From the NCBI RefSeq assembly GCF_001194135.2, contig NC_068981.1, forward strand, positions 85,267,415 to 85,305,869: a DNA stretch of 38,455 nucleotides, written 5' to 3'. The stretch is from Octopus bimaculoides (Eukaryota). The notes beneath the pieces are model-generated. The model saw nothing but the letters and a program-made list of their open reading frames with translations, ran no database searches and was not told where the DNA came from. Both the position numbers and the translations under genes were made by a program. Positions 11,520-22,604 of the stretch are shown piece after piece; within the stretch, counting starts at the first letter, position 1; the number at the start of each line of letters is the position of its first letter.

Positions 11520-12030
11520 TTATACAGAGATGCGACGGACTTCTTTCAGTTCCATCAACCGAAGAAGAACAGAAGCAGATATATTGGTGGAAAGTAGGGG
11601 AGCACAGCTCCGAGAGAGAGTACCTGCAAATCGTTGTTATTAATATGCGAGTGTGAGAGATGGATAGTAGGGTGTGTAGCATCAACGTATAGGCAGAGAT
11701 TGTCTTTCGGAGTAAGGTAATGGGTAAAGAGACAACAGCGTGAACAGAAGCAAGAGAAGTTGCTTATATGTAAGATTTGAAAGATTTGTGTCTCGGAGAG
11801 GAATACGGTTTACGTGTTAGTAAGAAGTGCTGTGTCAGGTCAGGTTTGAAATGAAATTCACAGTTATCAGAGGAAAGAAGTGAGACATTTACTGCGGGTC
11901 AAGTTTTAGTTTCAGGATCTAGTGATGTGCAGATGGTATCGGTGCATCGAGTGTTCACGGTAACTGCACTTGAATGTTTGCAAACAAACAAACTTTGCTA
12001 AAGATACCTGTAAATGAGGTGGTGGCGTTA
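11520..12030 (-). pseudogene. Possible ancient CR1/L2-like LINE RT-to-3'-end relic
   Basis: Weak motifs in canonical order: FHFKPDLTQ (FN..KTQ-like), THPTIHLSHSHIN, FPPIYL, KKSVASL. Very degenerate. Confidence 0.3.
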
Positions 12031-12210
12031 AATCAGTTGGTATGAGGTGTGTCCCAACTAAAAAAGAAAGAAACCTGTAAGCCATACGCATCGTGACTAC
12101 ATCAGAAAAACGATACAGTGTCAACGAGTTTTAGTATACACGCATACACACATACATATATATATATATACGCACATCCACCCCTCACACACACACACAT
12201 ATATATACAT

Positions 12211-12240
12211 GCAGGTGTGGCTGTGTAGTAAGAAGCTTAC
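12211..12240 (+). mobile_element. SINE family A head, interrupted by an insertion; continues at 12620
   Basis: GCAGGTGTGGCTGTGTAGTAAGAAGCTTAC matches the family A start. Confidence 0.75.
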
Positions 12241-12620
12241 TTTTTTTGTTACCACCTCAGTAGTAAGATCAGGCTGGAGAAGAGGTATCTGTCACGAGAC
12301 AGATTCATGAGAAGATGGAAGCCTGTGGCGAGGAAGCTGGGAGTGTTTGACACCAGGTAAGTGGAAGCCAAAAACAAGGGAAAGAAAAGGCAAGGGGTCT
12401 ACCCTGGTGGTCGGATGCCTATCCTTCAGGAAAGCCATTACAAATTTCATCTGTAATGAGCAATGCTTTAATCGAACATTGTAAATATAATCAAATCATT
12501 ATTGTATATTTAAAATTGTAAATATCTAATCGACACAGCTACTTCACCCCTCTTATGTTTGTCTGCCCTTGTTCGTCCCCTCTTTGTAATGCCTTTATGG
12601 CAAATATTTATGAAATAAAG
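12241..12620 (+). mobile_element. 5'-truncated Tx1-like LINE 3' end (C-terminal codons plus 3' UTR)
   Basis: HLSSKIRLEKRYLSRDRFMRRWKPVARKLGV resembles YHLKRKVRIERKF..GWVNVAKMV at 29541-29741 minus; the tail GTCCCCTCT..TATGGC..AATAAAG resembles 29320-29270 minus. Confidence 0.7.
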
Positions 12621-12968
12621 CAGCTTCCCAACCAAATGCGAGGCAGCTTTGGCAAGTTTCTTTTGTTAAAGCTGCGGGTCGACCAAAGCCTTGTGAATGG
12701 ATTTGGTAGACAAGAACTGAAAGAAGCCCATTGTATATATGTGTGTATGGTGCATGCGCGTGTGTGTGCATGTATCGTGTCTTGGTGCATTTTTCCCCCC
12801 AACATCACTTGACAACCGGTGTTGATGTGTTTCCGTCCCCGTAACTTAGAATGAATACCAGGTTTAAAAGAAAAAATAAGGACTGGGGCTGATTCATTCT
12901 ACTAAAAGTTCTTCGAAGCGGTGCCATAGGATGGCTACAGTTTTACAACTGAAACAAGTAAAAGATAC
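12620..12968 (+). mobile_element. SINE family A remainder, diverged
   Basis: GACCAAAGCCTTGTGAATGGATTTGGTAGAC..CACTTGACAACCGGTG..GAAACAAGTAAAAG. Confidence 0.8.
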
Positions 12969-13689
12969 ATACGTACATTTATGTGTGTGTGTGTGTGTTT
13001 GTGTTTGTGTGTGTGATTTAGTTACCATTATGCGGATCTATTGGTTTACAATTGGATAACGTAGCTACAGCCATATATAATCACAACGCACACGCGTACA
13101 CACATGCACCAGACTTCCTTTTAGAAAGTAACGCTGTGATTATAGAAAAGACATCAAACTGCTGCATGCTAGTAATGCACCACCAATAAACATTGTTTCC
13201 ATAAATACTACAATAGTTCATCTATGAACTTAGGTAAACTTTCAGACATCAAATCGGCAATATCTTTTTCATCTTTTTCCATATCTCTCATTTCAAGTAA
13301 TGCAACTATAACAGCAATTATTAAAAAAAAACAAAAAAAAACAACCAAGAATGTGAAGAAAAATAGCAGTTGAAGGACGAATGCTGCGAGACTTCAAACA
13401 GGGTAGTGACGAGACGGGAAGGAGAGGGAGAAGGAATCGTTAGCAACAGACAGTTTTTATAGAGTCGATCAGACATTTATAGATATTTTCAATAGAAGTT
13501 CAAAAAACTTCTTTTTCTTTAACAGTATAGTTGTCTCAGAATATCAATAGATTTCAGCCTCTCATTGGATTTTGGAATTGTAATGTAAATGAATAGTGAT
13601 GCAACGGGTGATTTACAATACACGTTCTCATATGTTAAATTCTAGTCAAGATAAATTTATTTAGATAACCAAACTATATGTGTATTCAT

Positions 13690-14326
13690 ACATATACGAG
13701 TGCGTAGCGGGGTATGCGTAAAGATACGAGAACAGTTTTGAATAAATAAGTTTGTTTGTTTGCATATAGAGTAATACTTCGCTTTACGAGGGTCCGGTTT
13801 ATGAAACCCCGAGTTTACGAGTTTTGTTTTTCTAGCACAAGATCCAAATTTTGAACGAAGTGCAAAAGTTTCCTCTACCATAACAAATGCTTCTGCGTGT
13901 TGCCGAGAATTTATAGGACAGCGAAAAAAATGCTTCTAAGCAAACAGCTCTAAACTTGTTTTTTTTTTAAAGAAATTTACAAGTCTGTCTATGAGTGCTT
14001 GTGAATCGGCGATCGCGTCTACAAGTGATGGTGTGCGCGGTTCTAGTGCTAGTGAAAGTGATTCAGAAAACGATTGTAAAAGAAATATTTTTTATAATAA
14101 ATGATCTTGACATTGTTTTTACTTTACATAAAATATTCGTTGCATTCTACTGTTTTATTGCCATTTATTTACGAGTATTATAAATTTTATCGGTAAAATA
14201 TTTTTCTGGGAAACGAATTTCGATTTATATCATTGCTACTATGGGAAATTATTGCACTGCTTTACAATTTTCCACTTTACGAGCGGTTTCCGGGAACAAA
14301 TCAACTCGTATATCGATGCATCACTG
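13690..14326. mobile_element. Tigger/pogo-like non-autonomous DNA element
   Basis: Right end ACTCGTATATCGATGCATCACTG|TA resembles Tigger TIRs; sub-terminal TTTACGAG motifs recur. The left TIR is decayed, so that boundary is approximate. Confidence 0.55.
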
Positions 14327-14574
14327 TATATATATTACAGACGAGAAAGTAAATTCGAACGCAGTAAAGCTGTAAGAACAGCAGCATAAGATTTACCCCT
14401 TGTAAGACGGGGGGAAGGGTTGCCAGAAGGTATCTACGGGACATGCTGAGCACTCTGACCATTAAGCTAAACGGCCCCCGACAGCAAGTACCGTCAATTA
14501 AATGTTGCTTTCGAATGTGACAGCTTATATACAAACTTTGGAAGTTTGTTTATTATATATACATATATATAACA

Positions 14575-15190
14575 CACATTAAGAACAGGACATCCCTAAC
14601 GAGTGAAAAATACATAAACACACGAGAGATAAGTACGAGACAAAATACCAAAGGAAGTCTAACCCCTCCTCAGTTTTCGACTGTGATATTACTCACTGTT
14701 TAGTGCTTTTAACGACAAGACAGGAAAACCTCATAAGACAGCAGCACCGAGAAATTTTTAGGGCTCCGAACATACAAACGACAATAGAGGGGACATACAG
14801 AAATAAACAATCGACGAAGACAGACATTTAGGGCTGTTAGGCCAAGACGAATTGTAATGGGTAACGCCTGGAAGAAATGTTGAAAGGATATAGAATAAAT
14901 AATAGAAGAGAAAAAAAATATCAAGAGGCGAGAGAAACGACGTCCGGCTGCCAGGCCGACCGGTCCAGAAAAGACTGAAAGACAAGAAAAATGGGTTGTA
15001 GTCACGTGTGAGCAACAGGCAGAGGGGGAAGAGGACAAGAAAGAAAGAAACAAAGGGAGTGAGGAGAAAGGAGAAGGAAAGAAAGATAGAGAGTGAAAGA
15101 AAGACAGGGAGGGGGAGAAAAAGAAATATTGAGGATGATAGAGGGATAGAGAGAAAGAAAAGAAAATAGGCAGGGAACAGAGTGTAGGGT
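14575..15190 (-). mobile_element. Pyrimidine-rich non-coding repeat, probably a PLE pseudo-LTR/3' region; homologue of 26260-26792
   Basis: Shared blocks with 26320-26790, e.g. CGTTACCCATTA..TCGTCTTGGCC..TAAATGT.TGTCTTCGTCGAT and TTTTTCACTCGTT.G..ATGTCCTGT.CTTAAT. The PLE assignment is inferred from the adjacent HHR. Confidence 0.65.
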
Positions 15191-15224
15191 CGCAACGGAA
15201 AGGAGTAACATATATATTTTTTTT

Positions 15225-15376
15225 AATAACAGTTTGACTCAGCTCCATATGACAAAGTTTCGTGGGTGCGTGGAACGAACCTATCTCATCAGATATCAGA
15301 AGGTATCTAATGAAATGCGTCCGTCCTGCGTGCCCACGACGTTTTAAGTCATATGAAACCAAGTCAAACTGTTATT
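15225..15376. repeat. 152-bp imperfect foldback bounded by a perfect 15-bp inverted repeat
   Basis: AATAACAGTTTGACT (15225-15239) / AGTCAAACTGTTATT (15362-15376); inner CATATGAC/GTCATATG and CGTGGGTGCG/CGTGCCCACG pairs. Confidence 0.9.
15243..15302 (-). ncRNA. Type I hammerhead ribozyme with intact catalytic core
   Basis: CTTC[TG]ATAT | CTGATGA | G(A)TAGGTTCG-TTCCA-CGCACCCAC | GAAAC-TTT-GTC | ATATGGAG. Stem I is 4+4 bp with a 2-nt bulge; stem II has 7 of 9 pairs; predicted cleavage between 15251 and 15250. Confidence 0.75.
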
Positions 15377-15408
<32 letters not shown>

Positions 15409-15504
15409 NNNNNNNNNNNNNNNNNNNNNNNNNNNNNNNNNNNNNNNNNNNNNNNNNNNNNNNNNNNNNNNNNNNNNNNNNNNNNNNNNNNNNNNNNNNN
15501 NNNN
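15409..15504. other. Assembly gap between (TA)n and (AG)n
   Basis: N run. Confidence 1.
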
Positions 15505-15563
<59 letters not shown>

Positions 15564-17639
15564 TTAAATACAATGAGCAATTAAAAGGACATCACAGGAA
15601 TCAAAGTTTGATAAATAAGGCATTAGCTTAACGCTTTAATCAAAAGTTAAAGTGTCTTAACATTTCAGGCGTTCGTACTTCACCGACAATAAGAAAGAGA
15701 AGAGCATAGAGTGAGCGAGAAAAAGAAATAGTCAGTTGAAAAGAAAAACAGGTGAAGTACTTGAAACTTGGTAGGAATGCTTTTTTTATCTGAAAGAGTT
15801 AAGACAGAGAAAACAGTGATTATGTAGATGCAAGTATAAGAGCGCATCCATGTCTGGAAGCAGCTAAAAAGGTAAGATGGTGTGTGTTAATATGGTGTAT
15901 GTATGTGTATAGAGATGTACAAATGTGAAAGTGCAGTGTGGTGTGGTGTGTTGTTGTGTGTAATTGATAGGCAGGTAGTGTGAAAGATTTTGTATGAAAA
16001 GGTGAGGGCATTTGCGTGTGTGAAAGAATAAATACTGGTTGAGCAAGCGGAATTGCAAGCGCAAAATAGACAGACAGACACACACACACATGCACAGATA
16101 GATAGATAAACGAGCAGAGATAACTAAATGAATGAATAAATAAATAAATACGAACGCGTACACACACACGCACACACATATACAGTGCATATATCATTTA
16201 AACAAAACAGATGAATAACCCCAGTTATTCTTAGTTTTTCTCTTATATTTCTTCCTCGTCGTTGTTGATATTTAATGAAGTAAAACCAGGAAAATTCTAC
16301 CAAAAAAAAGAAAAAAGAGAAACAGACAGACAGACAGACAAACAAACAAAGAGAATCAGAAACAGACAGACAGATGGATTGATAGATAAAGAGACGTGAT
16401 GGAAATTCGGGTTGAAGCAAAGGGTTGCTTTGATGCAAAATAGTTAGCGGTAAAACATTGATTAACAGTCAGTTGGGATGATAAAATGAACTTTTTGAAT
16501 AAAGCCAATTTTTTTTTTTTCGGGTTTCTTTCGTGTAGATTATTCTTTCAAGGTTATCTTCCAATTTCTGCTAAAAATCACGTAACAATTCGTATTTGTC
16601 ATTGATTTTTGCAAAATAAAACCATTCAGTATTATTGTTTAAAATGTTGAGAGTGAACTCCAACAGTAATTTGTGCATTCACAATCAAACGTTTAGGAGT
16701 TAGGGCCTTCATAGCCTACTTACACAGAATACTATATTTCAGTTTTAAAATGAGGGTAGTTGGATATGAGTTGTATTACTGCTCCTCTCACTGACTTAAA
16801 TATAAAGAGAGAGTGAAGTGGGGAGGGAGGGAGAGAGATGGACTGTGAGAGCGAGAGAGAGAAGACATGAAATTAGTAGAATGACGGGCAAAATGTATGT
16901 CTGTATTCCCCTCAACGACCTCCAATAACATATTTTCATTGTTCAGTTGAAATTTTCAATTCATGTATTTCTAATCTTTACAATGTATATTTTTTTCACT
17001 TTTAAATGACACATAAAACAGCCAATTGCCAAATACCTGTATTTTCTATTTTAATTCTCACAGAATAGAACAGAATAAAATAGAATAGGATAGATAGATA
17101 GACAAACAGACAGATAGACAGGCAAACAGATTAATTGATTGATTGGTTGATGTAGAGTTCGGGGTTTTTCACTTCGCCGTTAATCATTAATGTTTTAATC
17201 ATCGAAGTTAATAGATTTTAATTCTTTAAATACTTCGCTTAACACATAAACTACCTTATCCCTTTCTTAACTACTTAAACTGTATATTATTCATACTATT
17301 CAAAAAGGAGAGTTAGGACGTCTTCTAAACATACCTCAAGGAATAAGGGATGTTTGTACTTGCATTAACTCTGTCATAAACTTCTTAATGCGAGTCCAGA
17401 AAAGAAAACTTCCATACATAACCAATTTATTAGTTTTTCTATTCCACAACACTGACATTAATTCTCAACTCATCGCCTCTCTCTCTCTTTCCCTTCCTCT
17501 CTCACTCAATCAATCTCTATCTGTCTATATCTACCTGTATTTATTAATCTGTCCATCTCTCTCTCTTATTGATTCTCTAAAAGCATTAATTTGTCAACTA
17601 TGTTCAACAGAAATGTACACAAAGCAATGTTGGTACTTT

Positions 17640-17785
17640 AATACAGAATCTATCTATCTACCTGTCTGTCTATTTATCTATCTACCTGTCTGTCTGTCTA
17701 TCTATCTGTCAATATATCTATCTATCGGTCTATCTATCTATCTATCTATCAACTTATCTGTGTCTATCTATCTATCTATCTATCT
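17640..17785. repeat. (TCTA)/(TCTG) compound microsatellite
   Basis: Direct inspection; explains the YLSIYL translation. Confidence 0.9.
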
Positions 17786-17789
17786 GAGG

Positions 17790-18948
17790 CCTTGGAAGTT
17801 CCCGGTTTTGTCAATTTTCATGTCACACCAGTGAAAATCTTCTTGGGCCAATAGGTGGGGTAGTGCAGTGCAGACTACACCCACTGAAAGTTATTCATCT
17901 GCACAGGTACTTCTTGTACACCAAAAAAGTAAAATTATTGAATTGGTTGGCAGAAACCTAAAAATGCACCTGTAACTTACTCTGAAATGTCTCAAACAGA
18001 TTCAATAAATGGCAAAAAAGGCTTAGGAACGTCAGTGGAACAGGTATGGCACGACAGATGTCCCAGTGTGTTACAGGCTGGGCCCGGTCGTCATCCTGCT
18101 ACTGTGGTCAAACAATCTTCAAGAAGAATTAAAGATAAACATCCTCGGAAGTTTAGCTGTTTGAATGTGCACAAACTTCTTGATGATAATTTCAACAAGA
18201 GGCCAGAAATGCGTACTACAATTATTGAGGAAAGTACCAATTTCTGACAAGCTGGCCATATTGGGAGATTTCAACGCAAGAGTTGGAAATGACTACGTTT
18301 CATGGCCTGTTTTAAGCCGACACGGAATTGGAAAATGTAATAGTAATGGAGTAACGCTTTTGACGTTTTGTACTGAGAATAATCTGGTTGTTACCAAAAC
18401 TCTGTTTAAGAAGAAAAACAAATATAAAGCCACCTGGATGCACCCAAAATCTAAAGACTGGCATCTCATAGATTATACCATGAATTCACTTGGAATGGAT
18501 CCAGAGGACATAGAAATCCTTACTTCGGATCAAGCTGGATGGCGAACAAAAGTGTGGAGTGGAGTGAAAGCGTTTGAAGAGGCCAGGATAACGCATGCAA
18601 AACTCAAGAGAGATTTAAAGAAGAATGTTATGATCGAGAAGGTGAATCACAATGACCTTTTGAGTGCACAGTTTGGGACAGACAATACCTTTCTTTTGCT
18701 GGGGTCAAATCTCATTTGCGGGCCCCTGAAAAACGAACCTCCACCAACTATTCCGCTTATATACCTATGCACCCTTTTCAATGCCATGTATGTCATAAGG
18801 TCAGCAAGTCTATCGGAGATCCAAATCGGATATGAAATCTATGTGGTTGTCTTTTCAATACATCGTCTGCTTAAAAAAGCCACATCTGACGCCATGATGG
18901 ATGTAAGGAACAAGAAGTGGTCAAACTCTGCATAAGGAGTGAACAACC

Positions 18949-18950
<2 letters not shown>
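17790..18950 (+). mobile_element. RTE-clade LINE with two large internal deletions; both ends retained
   Basis: NVHKLLDDNFNKRPEMRT (ORF start) | LAILGDFNARVG..HGIGKCNSNG..TWMHPKSKDWHLIDY (endonuclease) | GMDPED..SDQAGWRTKVWSGVKAFEEARITHAKLKR (C-terminus), then decayed zinc-finger-like units and a 3' tail into (AT)n. No RT domain. The 5' boundary is approximate. Confidence 0.85.
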
Positions 18951-18980
<30 letters not shown>

Positions 18981-19317
18981 CAATCAGTTTGAGGATGTAA
19001 TGTCTTCCTTAGGGATTATAAAATCCAGAGATCAACTGGTACTATCGATGATATATTGGGGATAAGTTTCTTAATATATAGGGACAAACAGTCTAATTTA
19101 CATATATACTGTGGATACTTATTTTATTTGTATCACAATAAAAACATAAAATAGTTTAATACAAATAGAATTTAAAGGAACATAAATTAACATAAAATAA
19201 TCATAAAAAGTGCCTACATATGTTTCAGTCTGGTCACTTGGTAAATAGTGCTTTGGATACGCAGGATTCGAACCATGTTAAGAGCTGCACAATATTTTTT
19301 CTCTCTGTTTTCTAATA

Positions 19318-19360
<43 letters not shown>

Positions 19361-20550
19361 TGTGCACAGTGCTTAGCCGATTTGATAGTTAAACGGGTGA
19401 GACACCGACCAAATAATCAGCAATTTGCACCTAGTTATTGGTACTGAGCTCATTTTATGGCTTAGATGGTAAGCTCCAAACCAACCAGTCGTGTTAGTTA
19501 TTGAAAGTTACCACGAAGTAGTAAATTTCTTTTCTAGGTGAAGATCTAACAAAATATTTGTCTGTTTACTTCTACATTTTAGTCCTCCTCTAGTTTTAGA
19601 CCGATGAGATATGAGTTCCCCTAAAACATCTTGCCTTAGATACACTAAATGAAAATGATGTTTTCGATACATCCCAGGTAACCCATAATTAAAGGAAGAA
19701 AATATATTTTAATATACAAGACGTATATATTCTTTTCTTTTGATCCGAATATCAGTTAAATTTGCAATATTTCAGATTAATTTCATAAAATATTGAAGTT
19801 TATTTATAATATCTTATTCTGTGACTCTTACCTAAACCATGTCATAAAGAAACTGATTTCCCCCTCTCATAGGAAGAGGTAGCCTATGATGTCAGATTCC
19901 TCTTCTCCTTAGAACATACGAACCAATACAAATTCACAAAATTCACAATCTTAACAATAAACCATTCCTCGCCTACGATCCTATTTCTGTCGGCTTAGGA
20001 ACTGAATGTTGCAACGATTTGGACTCCCCTATTTAGGGATGCGTTGAATGATTATATCCCTGACTACTGGATATAATTGGTACCTTGGTTATAGGACGAT
20101 TGACATGTTTATAACGGCTACTGAGCTAGAAATATATGTCCAAGCCTGTCCTCTCCAGACAATAAGCCTGTTTGTTTGTTTTTTGTTTTGTTTTATTTTT
20201 CCTGAATAACATGTCAATTTTGAAGAATTCTTGTATCTTGAGATTATCTCTCCTTAAGTAGGGCTGTCTTAATTGACATTTGTTGATTATGATAGGTCTT
20301 CTTGAAGAAGAGATAATTTTAATAAATAAAAAATTAATGTTATATTTGTATTTGTTTGTTGTTGTTCAAATACATGTCACTCTAAGATATTTCTCTTGAT
20401 TCGTGTTTGTATATGTATGTATGTATGTATGTACTAAAAAAAAATATATATTATATATATATATATATACATACACACAATGTAACCTCGTGGGCATCGG
20501 TACCATTTTCCTCTTTCTCCGTTCTTCCATTCTCCGAACTTTCCATCTTT

Positions 20551-20577
20551 CCGACGAAGGGCTACGCCCGAAACATC
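20551..20577 (+). ncRNA. Decayed minimal hammerhead-like motif in a probable PLE tail
   Basis: CCGACGA-A-GGGC-TAC-GCCC-GAAACATC: U4 changed to C, GUC changed to AUC, stem I unpaired. Confidence 0.5.
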
Positions 20578-20676
20578 ATACACTCTCTCTTTCCTTTCCT
20601 GAGCGTCCAATAACACTATCCATATCACGTCCTCACTTTGTTGTTTTTTTGTTTTTTTTTGTTATTGTTTTTTTGA

Positions 20677-20713
<37 letters not shown>

Positions 20714-20810
20714 AGAAAGAGAGAGCTGGGGAGAAAAATAAAAGAGGGAGGGACATACAGAAAGGAAGACAGATAGGAAGAATAGAAAAAGAAAGAGTCC
20801 TGCATCTATA

Positions 20811-20830
20811 CACGGGGGTGTGCAAAAATT
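20811..20830 (+). mobile_element. Possible mariner-like TIR, partner not found
   Basis: TA|CACGGGGGTGTGCAAAAA resembles mariner termini. Confidence 0.3.
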
Positions 20831-21829
20831 TTTCATTAGTATAAACTTCAATATATCGTAAAAAATCGAAGGTTTAAAGTTAAAAAATTTCTGATTTGAA
20901 CAGAAGCTGTTATTTACGAGTAATAAATATATGGAATATATTTTGTATTACCAGGTTTCAAATATATAGCTGAAAGTTTAATGTCAAGCACACACATCAA
21001 GTATTTTTTTTTATATCTAGCTAGTGATTTATCATTAGGTCATTTCCCTATTTGGTGGGAGATTTCCTTTCGACAAAGTAACGATGCAATTTAGTAAACA
21101 TTCGTTGGCACTGTTTAACAACGTGGAAAATGCCAGTAAATATCAAACGGTTACATTCAAAAGTTCTTATTTTATATAACTAAACTGAAAAACAATACAG
21201 TTGAATTTATATTTTCGTTTTCTTTGTTATTTTGTAATAAAATGGTCAGGATTATTTGCAAACTTTACAAGAACACTTATTTTAATGGTGCTATCTTTTG
21301 ACATTTTCACATTTAAATAATTTTCAGAAGTTTGCTGCTTCTGCCATCGGATGCTTTAGGAATAAGAGAACTAATAAAGTGAATTGACTATCTGTATAAG
21401 TTTTCTCTTTTAGACACGTATCAAAAAGCATATTACGCAGTTAATGAAAATATAAATGTCCCATGTCACCAAGAGGCATGTGTAGAACACTTTCGAAGAT
21501 TTTCTCATTGAATAGCATGTCATGGACATGTGAAGGATAGTATACTTTATCTATTGGGCGAGAACTATTTAATTAATTAAAACGTATTAGCTTTAATGAG
21601 TGATTGTGGTCAATGCAGGAAAGGGAAAGAACCCCGAATGCTAAATTAATTTTAAAAGTAGTTGTGTCATCCCATATCAAGGGATTCATAGTCTTACTAG
21701 TATTTGCTAAATCTAAGTGACAGTATATAGTTAATAAGAGCCAACACAATTGGAATGATATCCTTAAAGATATTAGGTGATTAAAATTAAATATGCCACT
21801 TTTCAGTCTTCCGATTTCAAGCGAAAATC

Positions 21830-22340
21830 ACAAGGATACTTAGTATGTGAGAACTTCCAGAGCAGACGAGAGAGCCTCTACGGGATGGCTCGGCATGCTG
21901 AAAATAGCTCCCAAAGCTCCCTCAAATCAAACCTATCGCCTTACAAAATACGAGATGCATTAAAAAATATAGTCTAAGATACAAACTATCTGAATAGAAA
22001 ACTGGATCGAAGCTTCTTAACGATCAGAGCAAATTTGATGTAATAATAAATACAGTGAAAGAGTTCAATAAATAGAATGGCAACAAATATGGTGAAAAAG
22101 CCAAACGGAGTTCCAACCTACATCTTCAACATCCTCGCTTGGATTGCTGGGTTCTTTGCACCAACCTATGGTGCCCGGGAAAACACCATAAGGATGAGGA
22201 GGTCACAAAAAACGGTATCGCACACAAAATAAGTGATAAGAATGTCAGTAGGATAGCAAATTTGCTTCGTCCCTTTCGTTTGCTAAAAACATTCTGGCAA
22301 AAATTTCTCGAAAATCATGTAAATGTCTTCAGAAATGAAT
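21830..22340 (+). pseudogene. Decayed Penelope-like element RT/thumb/linker
   Basis: Frameshifted SLY(R)DG.AC (GLYRDDG-like), FDVII (FLDV-like), KKPNGVPTYI (RKPN..P.YI-like) and RPFRLLKTFWQKFLE (NPPF...GKKFL-like), in order. Confidence 0.55.
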
Positions 22341-22401
22341 GAAATAGAACTAAGGTTCGGGAAAATTCCACGATCACGAATAGAGCTACCTAAAAACACA
22401 T

Positions 22402-22604
22402 TATTTACATTATTTACAATTGACGGATATTAGCCCTCATCTTGTTTATTGTTAACACAACGTTTCGGCTGATATACCCTCCAGCCTTCATCCCCAAGAC
22501 ACTTGATGAAGGCTATGAAGGCTGGAGGGTATATCAGCCGAAACGTTGAGTTAACAACAAGCAAGATGAGGACAAATATCTGTCAATTGTAAATAATGTA
22601 AATA
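22402..22604. repeat. Foldback of about 90-bp arms (22402-22491 / 22515-22604), each carrying an HHR segment
   Basis: The reverse complement of the right arm matches the left with about six mismatches; 23-bp spacer. Confidence 0.95.
22498..22552 (+). ncRNA. Minimal type I hammerhead-like motif, mutated
   Basis: GACAC | TTGATGA-A-[GGCTATGAA duplication]-GGCTG-GAGGGTATAT-CAGCC | GAA-ACGT-T | GAGTT. C3 changed to U, palindromic ACGU stem III, GUU triplet; the minus-strand mirror keeps GTGTT for stem I. Confidence 0.6.

Noticed and set aside
11529-11594. Plus-strand RCDGLLSVPSTEEEQKQIYWWK, reminiscent of a C-type lectin exon
   Set aside because: Weak donor and no neighbouring exons; the opposite strand is better explained as a LINE relic.
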